64,000 nucleotides of DNA from contig CAWAAX010000009.1 of NCBI GenBank assembly GCA_963780225.1, positions 64,001 through 128,000 on the forward strand, given 5' to 3'. This document shows positions 47,306-57,016 of the stretch, piece after piece. The notes beneath the pieces were generated by a model. The model did not search any database and was not told where the DNA came from. It saw only the letters and a program-made list of their open reading frames with translations. The position numbers and the translations under genes are program-made. This DNA comes from an uncultured bacterium (GTDB lineage Bacteria > Edwardsbacteria > AC1 > EtOH8). Every line of letters starts with the position of its first letter. The stretch's first letter is position 1.

Positions 47306-48630
47306 AGATGAACAAGATAATACAGCAGATACTGGACCTGGCCCAAAAGAAATCCCAGGCGGCCGAGGTCATCCTGGTGGAAGGCAAAGAGAGCCCGGTG
47401 GAGTTCCGCTTTGGCAAACTGCATTCGGTGGAGCACAAGGAGATCAAGGGGGCCGGGCTGCGGTTGATCAAGAACGGCCGGATAGGATTCTCTTCTACCA
47501 CGGATTTTGGCAAGCTTAAGGAACTGGTGGACCATGCGGCGTCGGGCGCCGTCTTCGGCCAGCAGGCGGCTTTTAAGTTCCCGGTGGGATGCAAACCGGC
47601 CGGAGTTAAGACCGCCGATTCCCAAATGGAAAAGTTCACCACCGTAAGGGCGGTGGCCGAGGGCCAAAAGGCTCTGGATCAACTGGCCCAAAAAGCGCCG
47701 GCCCTGAAATGCGACGCCAGCCTTAACAAGAGGGTCTACCATATAACCCTGGCCAACAGCCGGGGATTCTCCGGCGAGTACCGCAAGACCTCCTTCAGCT
47801 ACGACTTGGCCGGGGTGACTGTGCTGGGGGGCAGTCTGCTACAGCTGGGCCAGTCCCGGAACAGCGGACACCTGGCCCTGGCCACCGCCGAGATGACCTC
47901 AAAGATCGCCGAACTATACCAAAATTCCAAGCGGACGGCCAAGCTGTCCTCCGGAAAGATGACGGTGCTGTTCACCCCGGAGGCCATGAGGCTTTTATGG
48001 CTGTCCATAGCTATGGGGGTCAACGGCAAGGCGGAGCAGAAGAAGACCACCCCGCTATTGGGCCGGCTGGGGGAGAAGATGCTGGATCCCCGGATCACCG
48101 TCAGCGACGATCCGCTGTTGCCTTTGGGCCTGTCCTCGGCGCCGTTCGACGACGAGGGGGTCTGCGGGGCCAAACTGGACCTGTTCCACCAGGGAGTGTT
48201 CACCAACTTCATTTACGACCTGCAGACCGCGGGGCTGCTCAATAAAAAGTCTACCGGCCACGGCAACCGCTCCTTCAGCACCCAGCCCTCACCCCATGTC
48301 AGCAACCTGGTGATCTCAGGCGGAAAGACCAAACTGGCCCAGATCATCAAGGGCATGAAATCGGGCCTGATCGTCTACGATCTCTTGGGCGCCGGGCAGA
48401 GCAACATTATGGCCGGGGATTTTTCGGTCAACATCGGACTGGGCTACCAGGTGGAGAAGGGGAAGATCGTGGGCCGGGTGAAGGACGCCATGGTGGCGGG
48501 CAACGTTTATGATATATTGAAGAACAAGGTGCTGGATATCTCGGCCGAGACCGAGGCCTTGGAGCAGAACAATATTGCGGTAAATACTCCGGCCATGCTG
48601 TTTGATGCTATGAACGTGGCGGCGAAATGA
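47302..48630 (+). CDS. pmbA: PmbA/TldE subunit
   Basis: PFDDEG, STGHG, AGDFS; lacks HExxxH; ATGA overlap with tldD. Confidence 0.88.
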   Translation: MKMNKIIQQILDLAQKKSQAAEVILVEGKESPVEFRFGKLHSVEHKEIKGAGLRLIKNGRIGFSSTTDFGKLKELVDHAASGAVFGQQAAFKFPVGCKPAGVKTADSQMEKFTTVRAVAEGQKALDQLAQKAPALKCDASLNKRVYHITLANSRGFSGEYRKTSFSYDLAGVTVLGGSLLQLGQSRNSGHLALATAEMTSKIAELYQNSKRTAKLSSGKMTVLFTPEAMRLLWLSIAMGVNGKAEQKKTTPLLGRLGEKMLDPRITVSDDPLLPLGLSSAPFDDEGVCGAKLDLFHQGVFTNFIYDLQTAGLLNKKSTGHGNRSFSTQPSPHVSNLVISGGKTKLAQIIKGMKSGLIVYDLLGAGQSNIMAGDFSVNIGLGYQVEKGKIVGRVKDAMVAGNVYDILKNKVLDISAETEALEQNNIAVNTPAMLFDAMNVAAK

Positions 48631-48643
48631 ACCGGGGCAATTT

Positions 48644-49100
48644 GCCACAGAGACACTGAGACACAGAGGTATTTCTTAACCCCCATCCTCCCGGTAGGAG
48701 AGCCTGCACTGAGGCAGGCAGTTTATTATTACAAGCGAAAGTGGGGAGGCTTGAGCCCCTCTCCTTGCGGGGGTGAGGTCAAAAAAACGGCAGGTCATTA
48801 ATGACCTGCCGTTTTGCGTAGCGCTTGACCTAACCCCCAGCTTCGGACCTCTCCCTTGGTCCACTTTCGTTTGTAATGCAAGGCATCCTTCTCAGTGCAG
48901 GCTCTCCCCGAAGAGGGGAGGAGCAGGGCGTTGCCTGAGCTCTGCTATTATGTTTTGCTTGCCAAGCGGAGGGGTCACACTCCGAAAATACTGTTGACAG
49001 ACTGCCCCGCCGGGGGGACCGCCCCCTCGGTCCCCCTCCGTTGCGGAGGGGGAAGTAAGAATCCCTCTCCAATGTGGAGAGGGATAAAGGGAGAGGTCAA
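48644..49100. repeat. Cluster of REP-like CCCTCTCC/GGAGAGGG hairpins
   Basis: cccctctccttgcgggggtgagg, ctctccccgaagaggggaggag, ccctctccaatgtggagagggataaagggagagg; related to 1464-1519. Confidence 0.6.
48784..48815. terminator. Perfect 32-bp palindrome, probable bidirectional terminator
   Basis: aaaacggcaggtcatt|aatgacctgccgtttt between convergent pmbA and the permease gene. Confidence 0.75.
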
Positions 49101-49109
49101 GTACGGAGC

Positions 49110-50774
49110 TTACACTTCATGGTTCTCCAAACTCTTCAACCCGAGTTTCAAGGGTACATATATCACAAATCCCGATATCACCACAAACAGCATCATCGCC
49201 ACCGCCAAAGCGCTTCCGTAACTTATATGGTGCCTCCATTGCCCGGCGGCATACAGATAAGCCGGCCAGGCCAGCACCACCACCGACAGCCCCACGTAAC
49301 CGAGGCCCGCCAAAGCGGCCAGCAGCCCCCCCAGCCCAGAGGCGATCCGGCTGGGGTTCCTTTCCTTAAAATCCGGGAAGATGGCCCCCAGGCCCAGCAC
49401 CAGGCTGGTGATGGCCAGGCACATCAGGCCCAGGGAAAAATGGCTCAACAGCCGCATCTGGGGCAGGGTCTTTAAAATGTTGTTGGAGAGCAAACTCAAG
49501 GTCTCGGTCAGCACTAACGCCACCGCCAGGTTCAGGGTCGACTTCTCCATCAGCAGTCTTTTGGCCGAGACCGGGGCCGAGCGCATCAGCCACATCATGG
49601 GGCCCTCCAGACTTATCACCGGAAACACGAACCGCACCGACAGGGTGGCCAGAATGTACCCGGCAAAGGCGAAGTTCAAAAATGCTATGGCCACCTTCCA
49701 GACCGAAAAGGTGAACAGCAGGGGATAGGTCCGCAAGCCCCCCAGGTAGATCACCAAAAGCGACAGGAAGATCAGACCCTGGGCCCACTGGCCGGGGTCG
49801 CGCATAAAGAGCAAAGCGTCCTTGGCCGCAATGGGCAGGCGGTCGGCCAGTTTGGCGGTCAGCCAAAAACTTTTCCTGAAACCCAGGTCCGGTGAATTGC
49901 CCACTCGTCCGGTCAAAGCGTTATAGTAGATCTTGCCGGCCAGCCAGAAACACAAGCCCCCCCAGAAGGCGGCGGTGATCAAAAGCAACCAGGCCATCTT
50001 CAGCGCTTCGGAAAAACTTTCGGGCAGGGGAGCCAGCACCAGCCGGGACAGCCAGGTGCCGGGCAGAAGCGGCGAGCCCACCAGGGCCAGCTGGGCCAGG
50101 TAATGCTCCAGCTCGGGCATGGTGTCTATCTGGGCGATCACCATCCCCTTGGGCTGGCCGAACAAAAAGAAGGCCCAGGCCGCCAGGGCCAAAAACAGCA
50201 ACAGGAATCCCAGCAGCTGGCGCAGTCCCATTTTGGGAAAGAGTTTTATCAGCACCAGGAACGAGGCCACCGCCAGAAAGGCCGGCAGGGTGGTGAAGAC
50301 CACAAGAGAGATAAGATAGAACCCCAGGGCAAAGACGCTCTGGTGCCGGGCCGCGGTCAGCGCCGCCAGCAGGGGCAGTCCCATTATCAAAGTGGCCCAG
50401 GTGCTGAAGAAAAAGTTCTGTAGGAAGCGGTAGCTGAACAGCTTGGAGGGGTCCATGGGGGTGGCCAGCAGGTAGTCCACCTCCGGGGAATAGTACAGGG
50501 TGGAGAGCGAGGTGATCAGGTTGCTGAGGAATAGCATCAAAAAGAAGGTCAGAAAGGAAGTGGACAACAGCCGGAACAGCAGGGGCCTTCCGATCTCCTC
50601 CAAGGCCAGCAGGTAGGCGAAGACCTTGTAGAACAAAAAATACCCGCCCACCAGGAACACGGCCACGGCGAACAGGTAGGACGAAAGCTGCAGCAGGCGG
50701 CCCCGGCGGGGGGCGAAGATCTGCGAAGCCGAAGCCCGGAACAAGGTAGCTATTAGATAGAGAGATAATGGCAT
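49110..50774 (-). CDS. Putative ABC-2-type exporter permease (multi-TM)
   Basis: About 12 TMs; LL..P, KD..F.RD..QW, ISLEG..W..RSAP motifs; in a cluster with an ABC ATPase. Confidence 0.78.
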   Translation of the reverse strand: MPLSLYLIATLFRASASQIFAPRRGRLLQLSSYLFAVAVFLVGGYFLFYKVFAYLLALEEIGRPLLFRLLSTSFLTFFLMLFLSNLITSLSTLYYSPEVDYLLATPMDPSKLFSYRFLQNFFFSTWATLIMGLPLLAALTAARHQSVFALGFYLISLVVFTTLPAFLAVASFLVLIKLFPKMGLRQLLGFLLLFLALAAWAFFLFGQPKGMVIAQIDTMPELEHYLAQLALVGSPLLPGTWLSRLVLAPLPESFSEALKMAWLLLITAAFWGGLCFWLAGKIYYNALTGRVGNSPDLGFRKSFWLTAKLADRLPIAAKDALLFMRDPGQWAQGLIFLSLLVIYLGGLRTYPLLFTFSVWKVAIAFLNFAFAGYILATLSVRFVFPVISLEGPMMWLMRSAPVSAKRLLMEKSTLNLAVALVLTETLSLLSNNILKTLPQMRLLSHFSLGLMCLAITSLVLGLGAIFPDFKERNPSRIASGLGGLLAALAGLGYVGLSVVVLAWPAYLYAAGQWRHHISYGSALAVAMMLFVVISGFVIYVPLKLGLKSLENHEV

Positions 50775-50780
50775 CTGGAT

Positions 50781-50905
50781 GAAAATCCTAAATTCGAATA
50801 TCTAAAGCCTAAACAATTACAAAATTATAAATCCAAAACTGGTGGATTTTGGGAATTTGGTGATTGGTGCTTGTTTAGGGTTTAGTGTTTAGGTATTAGG
50901 GTTTC
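50781..50905. repeat. 7-bp-periodic palindromic intergenic element
   Basis: gaaaatcctaaattcgaatatctaaagcctaaacaa...ttgtttagggtttagtgtttaggtattagggtttc. Confidence 0.7.
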
Positions 50906-50911
50906 GTCCGG

Positions 50912-52471
50912 TTACAGCTTCTCAAAGTCGCTGTGGGACAGGGCCAAAATGTTGTCCACCGGGAACAGCCAGCGGATATCCAGCAGTTTTTTCTTGATCA
51001 AGGCCAGCCGGGAGGCGGGGGGCAGCTTCATCACAGCCGTGACTACCTTCTCGATGTATTTTTCCCGGCCCCCGCGGGCGTAGACGCTGAAGACCTTTTC
51101 CGAGGCCTGCTCGGCCTCTTCGATGGCCATGATCTCCTCGGGAGACAACACCGGCTGGGGCAGTTGCAGTACTGTCTTTAAACTTACGAAGACCTGGGGA
51201 ATCTGGATGGGTTTGGGGGAGAAGGATGATAGGCCCTCCACCACCTCCAGGAATCCGGAGGGGATGACGAAGATCTTCTCGTCCTTCAGCTGCTTTTCCG
51301 CTTTGTTAGCCTGGCCTTCAATTTTTATATGGTGCCAGCGCAAAACCTTGCCGATCAGATCGGTACCACCCAAAAGCTCCAGCAGTTCCGGGGGCAGAGC
51401 CATGATGTAGGCCAGTGTCCGCAGTTCCTCATCCCGGATCTGGGGCAGAAATGACAGGCTCTGGATCTGCCGCTGGTGCAGGTAAAGCGAGAACTGGGGC
51501 AGTACCAGGCTTTCGTCGTGGATGGGCCAGCCATTGACCAAAGTCTGTTCGATAGCCGAGGAAAATGACAGGCTGCTGTTTTCCATTGGCAGGTTGCTCA
51601 GCAGATGGGAAAAATCATCCAGGTTGGATATGATATGGGGGTGGTTGAAGGGATAGCGGGTGATGTTCCGGATAAGCAGTCCGAACTGCTTTATCAGCAT
51701 GGAGATGGTTTTTACCTGGAAGGCCGGATCGAAGGATCGGGCCTCCTGGGGGGCGGCCGGCAGGCCGGAAGTCTTTTCGACCAGGCTCAACTCCAGCAGT
51801 TCGGTCAGGGTTTGGCAGGTCAAAAATTTGCCCATCCCGCTCAAGGAAACCAGATTGGAGACCGAAAGGGATCTTTGTCCCAGAAATTCCAGCAGTTTTT
51901 CCTGTTCCGGGGTCAGCCCTGGCGGCCGGGTTTTTGATTCGGCCTTAACGATGACCTCCAGCGAGGGGATCTCTTTTTTGATCCTCAGCCACTCGTCCAG
52001 CCGCCGCATGCCTTCCATCAAAAAGCCGTCCACCGCCAGGCGCACCGGGTATTTGCTCTGAGTGTACAGTTTGGCCTTGACGTCGAAGACATAGTGTCCC
52101 TCCACCCAGGTGAAGATCTCGTCCATGATTTCCTGGATCTTGTAGCGGATCACTTCCTCGAAATCATCCTGGGACAGGAACCCGCGTTCGATCAGGATCT
52201 CCTCCAGCGGTGCCTGCAGGTTCTTTTGCTGGGCTTCGGCCTCCATGAAGCCAGCCTCGGATACCAACCCGGTCTTGAATAGGTATTCGGAGATGTGTTC
52301 CTGGCGTCCCTCCTGGCGGTAGAAGCCGCCGGTGATGTACCCCTGATCCAGGTCAAAGGCGGCCTCGTCGCTGCCCTGCTTCAGGGTCAGGACGCCGTTC
52401 TTGCGCTGGCTGGAGATCAGCTGCAGTATCTCGGGGATGCTGAAATCGGAAAGATTGCCTTCTAGTGCCAT
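50912..52471 (-). CDS. DUF4388 (PATAN-like) domain protein
   Basis: MALEGNLSDFSIPEILQLI..RKNGVL, IFTWVEG.YVF, LMEGMRRLDEW. Confidence 0.82.
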   Translation of the reverse strand: MALEGNLSDFSIPEILQLISSQRKNGVLTLKQGSDEAAFDLDQGYITGGFYRQEGRQEHISEYLFKTGLVSEAGFMEAEAQQKNLQAPLEEILIERGFLSQDDFEEVIRYKIQEIMDEIFTWVEGHYVFDVKAKLYTQSKYPVRLAVDGFLMEGMRRLDEWLRIKKEIPSLEVIVKAESKTRPPGLTPEQEKLLEFLGQRSLSVSNLVSLSGMGKFLTCQTLTELLELSLVEKTSGLPAAPQEARSFDPAFQVKTISMLIKQFGLLIRNITRYPFNHPHIISNLDDFSHLLSNLPMENSSLSFSSAIEQTLVNGWPIHDESLVLPQFSLYLHQRQIQSLSFLPQIRDEELRTLAYIMALPPELLELLGGTDLIGKVLRWHHIKIEGQANKAEKQLKDEKIFVIPSGFLEVVEGLSSFSPKPIQIPQVFVSLKTVLQLPQPVLSPEEIMAIEEAEQASEKVFSVYARGGREKYIEKVVTAVMKLPPASRLALIKKKLLDIRWLFPVDNILALSHSDFEKL

Positions 52472-52509
52472 CTTATTAGCTGTTAGCCGTTAGCTGTGAG
52501 GTTTATTTT

Positions 52510-52597
52510 GCCACTAAGCCACCAAGGCACCAAACCAGATTTAAAAATGGGGAATGGGAAATAAGAAATTAAATTTGTGTCTTTGTGTCTTTGTGGC
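52510..52597. repeat. 9-bp-periodic CAC/GTG palindromic element
   Basis: gccactaagccaccaaggcaccaaa...tttgtgtctttgtgtctttgtggc. Confidence 0.65.
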
Positions 52598-53337
52598 TAA
52601 TCTCCAGTTGCCCGGGTGAACTCCAGGTACAGGCTTTCCAGGTCCTGGTGGCGGTGCTGGGAAAGCTCCCGCAGTTCCTCCAGGGTGCCCAGGGCCGCCA
52701 GTTTTCCGTTGGCGATGATGCCTATCCGGTGGCAGATGGTTTCGGCCAGGCTCAACGTATGTGTGGAGACCAGCAGGGAGCAGCCCTTTTGGGCCTCCTC
52801 CTGGAATATCCTTTTCACCAAGATGATGCTGGCCGGGTCCAACCCTACCAAAGGCTCGTCGATCAGATACACTTTTGGCTGGTGGAGCAAAGTGGCGGCC
52901 AGCACCGTCTTCTGGCGCATGCCGTGGGAATAGCTCTCGGCCCGGCGATCTATCCACTCCCGGGCCTCGAACCGGTCTATCAGCTCTTCCACCCGCTGTT
53001 CCAGGCCTTCATTAGAACAGCCGTAAAGCCGGGCCACCAGGTGCAAAAACTCCCGGCCCGAAAGTTTTTCATATATGAATGGATCATCGGGAATGAAACC
53101 CAGGCATTGCTTGGCCTTCAAGGGCTCCTGTTCCACGTCATAGCCGCAGATGGAGCGGGCGCCGGAGCCGGGCCGGAGGATGCCGGCCAGCATCTTCAAG
53201 GTGGTGGTCTTGCCGGCCCCGTTGGGCCCCAGCAGGCCGAAGATCTCCCCCGGCCCGATGAACAGGCTGATGCCATTCACCGCCAGCTTAGCGCCGTAAG
53301 ATTTACTCAGGTTCTTAAGTTCTATTCCCTGGCTCAT
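52597..53337 (-). CDS. ABC exporter ATP-binding protein
   Basis: GPNGAGKTT, YSHGMRQK, LIDEP..GLDP, STH. Confidence 0.92.
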   Translation of the reverse strand: MSQGIELKNLSKSYGAKLAVNGISLFIGPGEIFGLLGPNGAGKTTTLKMLAGILRPGSGARSICGYDVEQEPLKAKQCLGFIPDDPFIYEKLSGREFLHLVARLYGCSNEGLEQRVEELIDRFEAREWIDRRAESYSHGMRQKTVLAATLLHQPKVYLIDEPLVGLDPASIILVKRIFQEEAQKGCSLLVSTHTLSLAETICHRIGIIANGKLAALGTLEELRELSQHRHQDLESLYLEFTRATGD

Positions 53338-54797
53338 GGCGTATGTTCCAATATCTCAATTTTAAGGTTGCCGAAGGCGGAAAGCAAACGGGTCTGCTGG
53401 CTGAGGTCGCCCTCCACCAATCGCAGGCGGGCGGCGTCGGCCGGGGCCTGCCCGAAGGTGGGGTCCAACTCTATCCACTGTCCGCAGTAAACCGAGTTCC
53501 AGGCGTGGTAGTAGAACTTGCCGTCCAGGTAGACCACTCCCAGGGAGATCTTGCAGGGCAGTCCGGCGGCCCGGGCCAGGGCGGCGAACAGGGTGGCGTG
53601 CTCGTTGCAGTCGCCCCGCCTGGATTGCAGCACCTCCACCGCCGAGGGCAGGCTGACGGTCATGCTCTTCTCCAGATTCTCAAACACCCATTTCTCCAAA
53701 GCCAGCGCCTTGTCCCAATCACTCTTTTTCCCCTGGACCAGTCTTTGGGCCAGCTGCATTATCTCCGGGTCCTGTGACTGGATCAGCACCGTGGGCTTCA
53801 AGTACTCCTTAAGTTCATCCAGTTTACTGTTTACAGTTTCGAGTTCAGAAGTTTGTTCCCGGGTGACCTGCACGATCTGTTTCAGGCTGTCGATGATCGT
53901 TTGCCGGCCTCCGGCCACATCAAGGCCTTTCAGGTCCAACCCCGAGACCGCGATCAACATCCGTTCCGTCTCTCTTGGCTTGGGTAGTTCCCCTTTAATC
54001 ACTGGCACCGCAATGCTGCCCAGCAGGTCCATTTCGGGAAAATCTTCCGGCAGTATCAGGGCCTGCTCCTTGGTCTGGCGGATCATGGTAATCCCCAGCG
54101 GGCCTTCCTCCTTAAGGGTCTGGCCCAAAGTGTCCACCCAGGCCAGGCTTTTGGAGCCGGAGAAGCTGGTCTCCAGCTTGACGGCCTGGGTCCAGGAACC
54201 GTCCAGCAGCAGGGAGTCGGGGCCGATCACCTTTACCGTCAGAGGCACCACCGCCATGGAGGCCGGGTCGAATACCGAGAACTGATATTCTTTGCCGGAA
54301 ACCAGGCTCTTGTCGATAAGCATCGGCTCCAAAGCCTCGGGCATGGTGATGTTTCCCGGGATGTCCATCTCGGCGCTTTGGCTTTGGCCGTTGGACAGGA
54401 TCGAAAGGGCCAATCGTCTGGCTTTGACCAATCCCTTTACCGAGATCTCGGCAGCTCCGGCCATCTTGAATTCAAAGCCGGTCAGCTGGTAATCTTTATC
54501 CAGGTCGTAGTTCAAAGTGGTGGAGACCTGGCGGACCTCGCCCATAAGCGGCAGGTTCATCAGCGATTTGTTGGAGACGGCCTGGCCGCCGTCAGCCAGC
54601 ACCCGGGTCAGGGTGACAGAGTAGCCGATCTTCCGGTCCTGGTAATAGATGCCGTGCCATTGTTCGGACCCTGTCAAAGTTTTGGGCTTGATCTTGATCC
54701 CGGCAGGCTGGCAACCGGCCCGGCCCAGGCCGAACCAGGCCAGGGAGCCGGCCCAGGCCAAACCCAGGAGTATAAGAAGCGATGTCTTTTTGCTCAT
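53334..54797 (-). CDS. Membrane-anchored transglutaminase-like (Cys-His-Asp) protein
   Basis: GDCNEHA, YYHAW, ELDPT; N-terminal hydrophobic anchor; start taken at MSKK. Confidence 0.85.
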   Translation of the reverse strand: MSKKTSLLILLGLAWAGSLAWFGLGRAGCQPAGIKIKPKTLTGSEQWHGIYYQDRKIGYSVTLTRVLADGGQAVSNKSLMNLPLMGEVRQVSTTLNYDLDKDYQLTGFEFKMAGAAEISVKGLVKARRLALSILSNGQSQSAEMDIPGNITMPEALEPMLIDKSLVSGKEYQFSVFDPASMAVVPLTVKVIGPDSLLLDGSWTQAVKLETSFSGSKSLAWVDTLGQTLKEEGPLGITMIRQTKEQALILPEDFPEMDLLGSIAVPVIKGELPKPRETERMLIAVSGLDLKGLDVAGGRQTIIDSLKQIVQVTREQTSELETVNSKLDELKEYLKPTVLIQSQDPEIMQLAQRLVQGKKSDWDKALALEKWVFENLEKSMTVSLPSAVEVLQSRRGDCNEHATLFAALARAAGLPCKISLGVVYLDGKFYYHAWNSVYCGQWIELDPTFGQAPADAARLRLVEGDLSQQTRLLSAFGNLKIEILEHTP

Positions 54798-54870
54798 AAT
54801 TCCCATGCAAATTCTAAAAATTGTCCTGAGTCCGGCAACAGTACCCGGCAAACGAAAGGATTTTAATGCC

Positions 54871-55008
54871 GAAACCCTAAACAAAACCAAATCACTGAAT
54901 TTCAATAAACTAAGGTGGTTTTAGGATTTAGGCACTTGGGTCATTGGCGTTTGTTTAGGATCTTTCGGCTTTGCTCAAGACAAGTTTAGAGTTTGGTGTT
55001 TAGGGTTT
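54871..55008. repeat. 7-bp-periodic palindromic element with a nested REP-like insert
   Basis: gaaaccctaaacaa...ttgtttag[gatctttcggctttgctcaagacaa]gtttagagtttggtgtttagggttt. Confidence 0.6.
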
Positions 55009-55158
55009 ATCAACTTTGTCTTTCGTTAAAGTTGAATTTCAATTATACCACCTGCACAAATTTAGTCAATAGATATTTCCCCCGGGCTTAAATTTTAACG
55101 ACGAACCAATTTCATGCCAACCGGATGGGCCGGGGGAAAGATTTTTTTTTAATAACCC

Positions 55159-55187
55159 TTGACAAGCAGTAAACTTTTTAATATCAT
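55159..55187 (+). promoter_or_regulatory. sigma70-type promoter
   Basis: TTGACA-17bp-TATCAT with AT-rich upstream tract. Confidence 0.6.
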
Positions 55188-55326
55188 ATATGATATAAGC
55201 ACTTACCAACTTTTATTAGGTTGACATATTATATAAAGAAGGAGGTGAGCCGTAGCCAGTTTATTTAAGTGAATATTACCAAGCTATGTTTACAAAACCA
55301 ACCAATAACAAACTGGAGGAGGAAAA

Positions 55327-56988
55327 ATGAGAGCAAGAGCAATAGTGCTTACCCTGATGCTGGCAGCCCTGGCGGCCAATGCCTTTGCCGCAGAAGGACT
55401 GACCTGGTGGTCCAACCCCTGGACAGAATCATTCCGCAGCGCTTCCACCGGCTCATTATTGGAAGACGATCTGGATATCATGCTGGACCCGGCCGGACTT
55501 CCCACTTTGGAAGGATACCGGTTGTATACCAACCTGTCGAACCTGACCGGCAAGAACGAAGATGTTTTCAACAACGGCACCAACAATTACTATCTTTTGG
55601 GCGGATCCGGCAAAGTGATGGACTACGGCTATGCCGGCATGTTGTTCGACAGGTACGCCTATAGCTACAGGGATACTACCCTGACCAACACCTCCAATTA
55701 TGTTGACAATGATGCCAACGGCACCTATGACCAGCGGACGGTGACCGATGCCATGAATTCCGATTATTACAAGAACGCCTGGACCGATTGGTGGCTGGGC
55801 TACGGCCGCAACTTCGGAGCGGGCAGATTGGGAGCTTTGGTCTATCGTCAGGCCGGGACCTATAACTCCATGCCAAATGGATTCAATGCCAGCAGTCATC
55901 TAGTGTTCACAGATCTGGTTACGGGCAATACAACCAGCGACATCAATACCGAGTATTCCCTGAATACGCTGACAGTGCGGAGCGTTACCGGTGGCGCCGT
56001 ATCCTATTGGATGCCCATGGGCGACAAGATAGACCTGGGACTGGCCGGGGGAATAAACATACGGCTGGCTACCGAGTATGACACCATGACCTATTCTTAT
56101 ACCTCCACCAATCCTTCGGCGGCCGGGACCAACGGTACCACAATAGACAGCACCGGTTATGTGGACATCATTCCGCAGGATAATGTGGGCCTGGAACTTA
56201 ATGTCAGGGGCGCCGCGGTTTACAAATGGAGCGACAACGTAAAGACCCGGACCGACCTGGTGTTCTCCACCCTGAGCGGCGAAAGAACCGACGGTTATCA
56301 TAACAGCGAATACAACAGCCTGGTCGCTTTCCAACTGCCCACCGGGGTTCAATCAACCAACATCCACCGGACCTATACCAGCGACCCAATAACCCAGGAC
56401 AACCACCGGATGAGTTTGTCGCTTTTTAGCAAGACCACTGCCAAGCTGGGCGAGAAGGTGGAAATGGCCATGGGGCTGGGTTTTGGGACATCCACCAGGG
56501 ATTACAGCACCAAATATACCCAGGATTACAACCAGACGGTGGTTTACAATGACGGTGATGCTATTGCGACGAATGATTATACCACAATAACGACCGGGAC
56601 CATCGATCATCAGGAAATCTATACCGAATCCAACTTTGGGATCAGCGCTCCGGTGGGATTGGAATTCCATATTACCAAGCCTTTCGTGTTTCGTCTAGGT
56701 GCCAGCCCTATTTATTCTTCAACAGATTATTCAGTTGACACATTAAACGAGTACACACCCAATAAAACCATCAACATCAACGGCGTGGGCGTCACGACCC
56801 AAACTATAACCACCCCGTTTGCCAGCACCAACGGCACTTACAATGTCCATAATCCCGCACGCATCAGTGTCAATTACAGCTATGGAGCGGGCTGGAAGAT
56901 CAGCGACAACCTACAGATAGACCTGATGGGGTTTGCTGATATTTATACCATGAGATATTGGAAGCTTTCGGCCATATTAAAATTCTAA
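55327..56988 (+). CDS. Outer-membrane beta-barrel protein of unknown family
   Basis: Signal peptide ending AFA, T/N/Y/G-rich amphipathic strands, PVGLEF..FRLG, YSYGAGW, C-terminal Phe; GGAGG RBS. Confidence 0.72.
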   Translation: MRARAIVLTLMLAALAANAFAAEGLTWWSNPWTESFRSASTGSLLEDDLDIMLDPAGLPTLEGYRLYTNLSNLTGKNEDVFNNGTNNYYLLGGSGKVMDYGYAGMLFDRYAYSYRDTTLTNTSNYVDNDANGTYDQRTVTDAMNSDYYKNAWTDWWLGYGRNFGAGRLGALVYRQAGTYNSMPNGFNASSHLVFTDLVTGNTTSDINTEYSLNTLTVRSVTGGAVSYWMPMGDKIDLGLAGGINIRLATEYDTMTYSYTSTNPSAAGTNGTTIDSTGYVDIIPQDNVGLELNVRGAAVYKWSDNVKTRTDLVFSTLSGERTDGYHNSEYNSLVAFQLPTGVQSTNIHRTYTSDPITQDNHRMSLSLFSKTTAKLGEKVEMAMGLGFGTSTRDYSTKYTQDYNQTVVYNDGDAIATNDYTTITTGTIDHQEIYTESNFGISAPVGLEFHITKPFVFRLGASPIYSSTDYSVDTLNEYTPNKTININGVGVTTQTITTPFASTNGTYNVHNPARISVNYSYGAGWKISDNLQIDLMGFADIYTMRYWKLSAILKF

Positions 56989-57016
56989 AAAATAAATAAT
57001 ACTTTAGGAGATAAAA

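Noticed and set aside
45944..48630. tldD/pmbA as part of a RiPP cluster
   Set aside because: No precursor peptide or YcaO/modification genes adjacent; looks like the usual housekeeping pair
48676..49221. Short ORFs in the repeat cluster
   Set aside because: Translations of palindromic repeats with no protein-like features
54798..54905. Longer N-terminus of the transglutaminase-like gene
   Set aside because: It starts within a repeat element and would displace the hydrophobic anchor from the N-terminus
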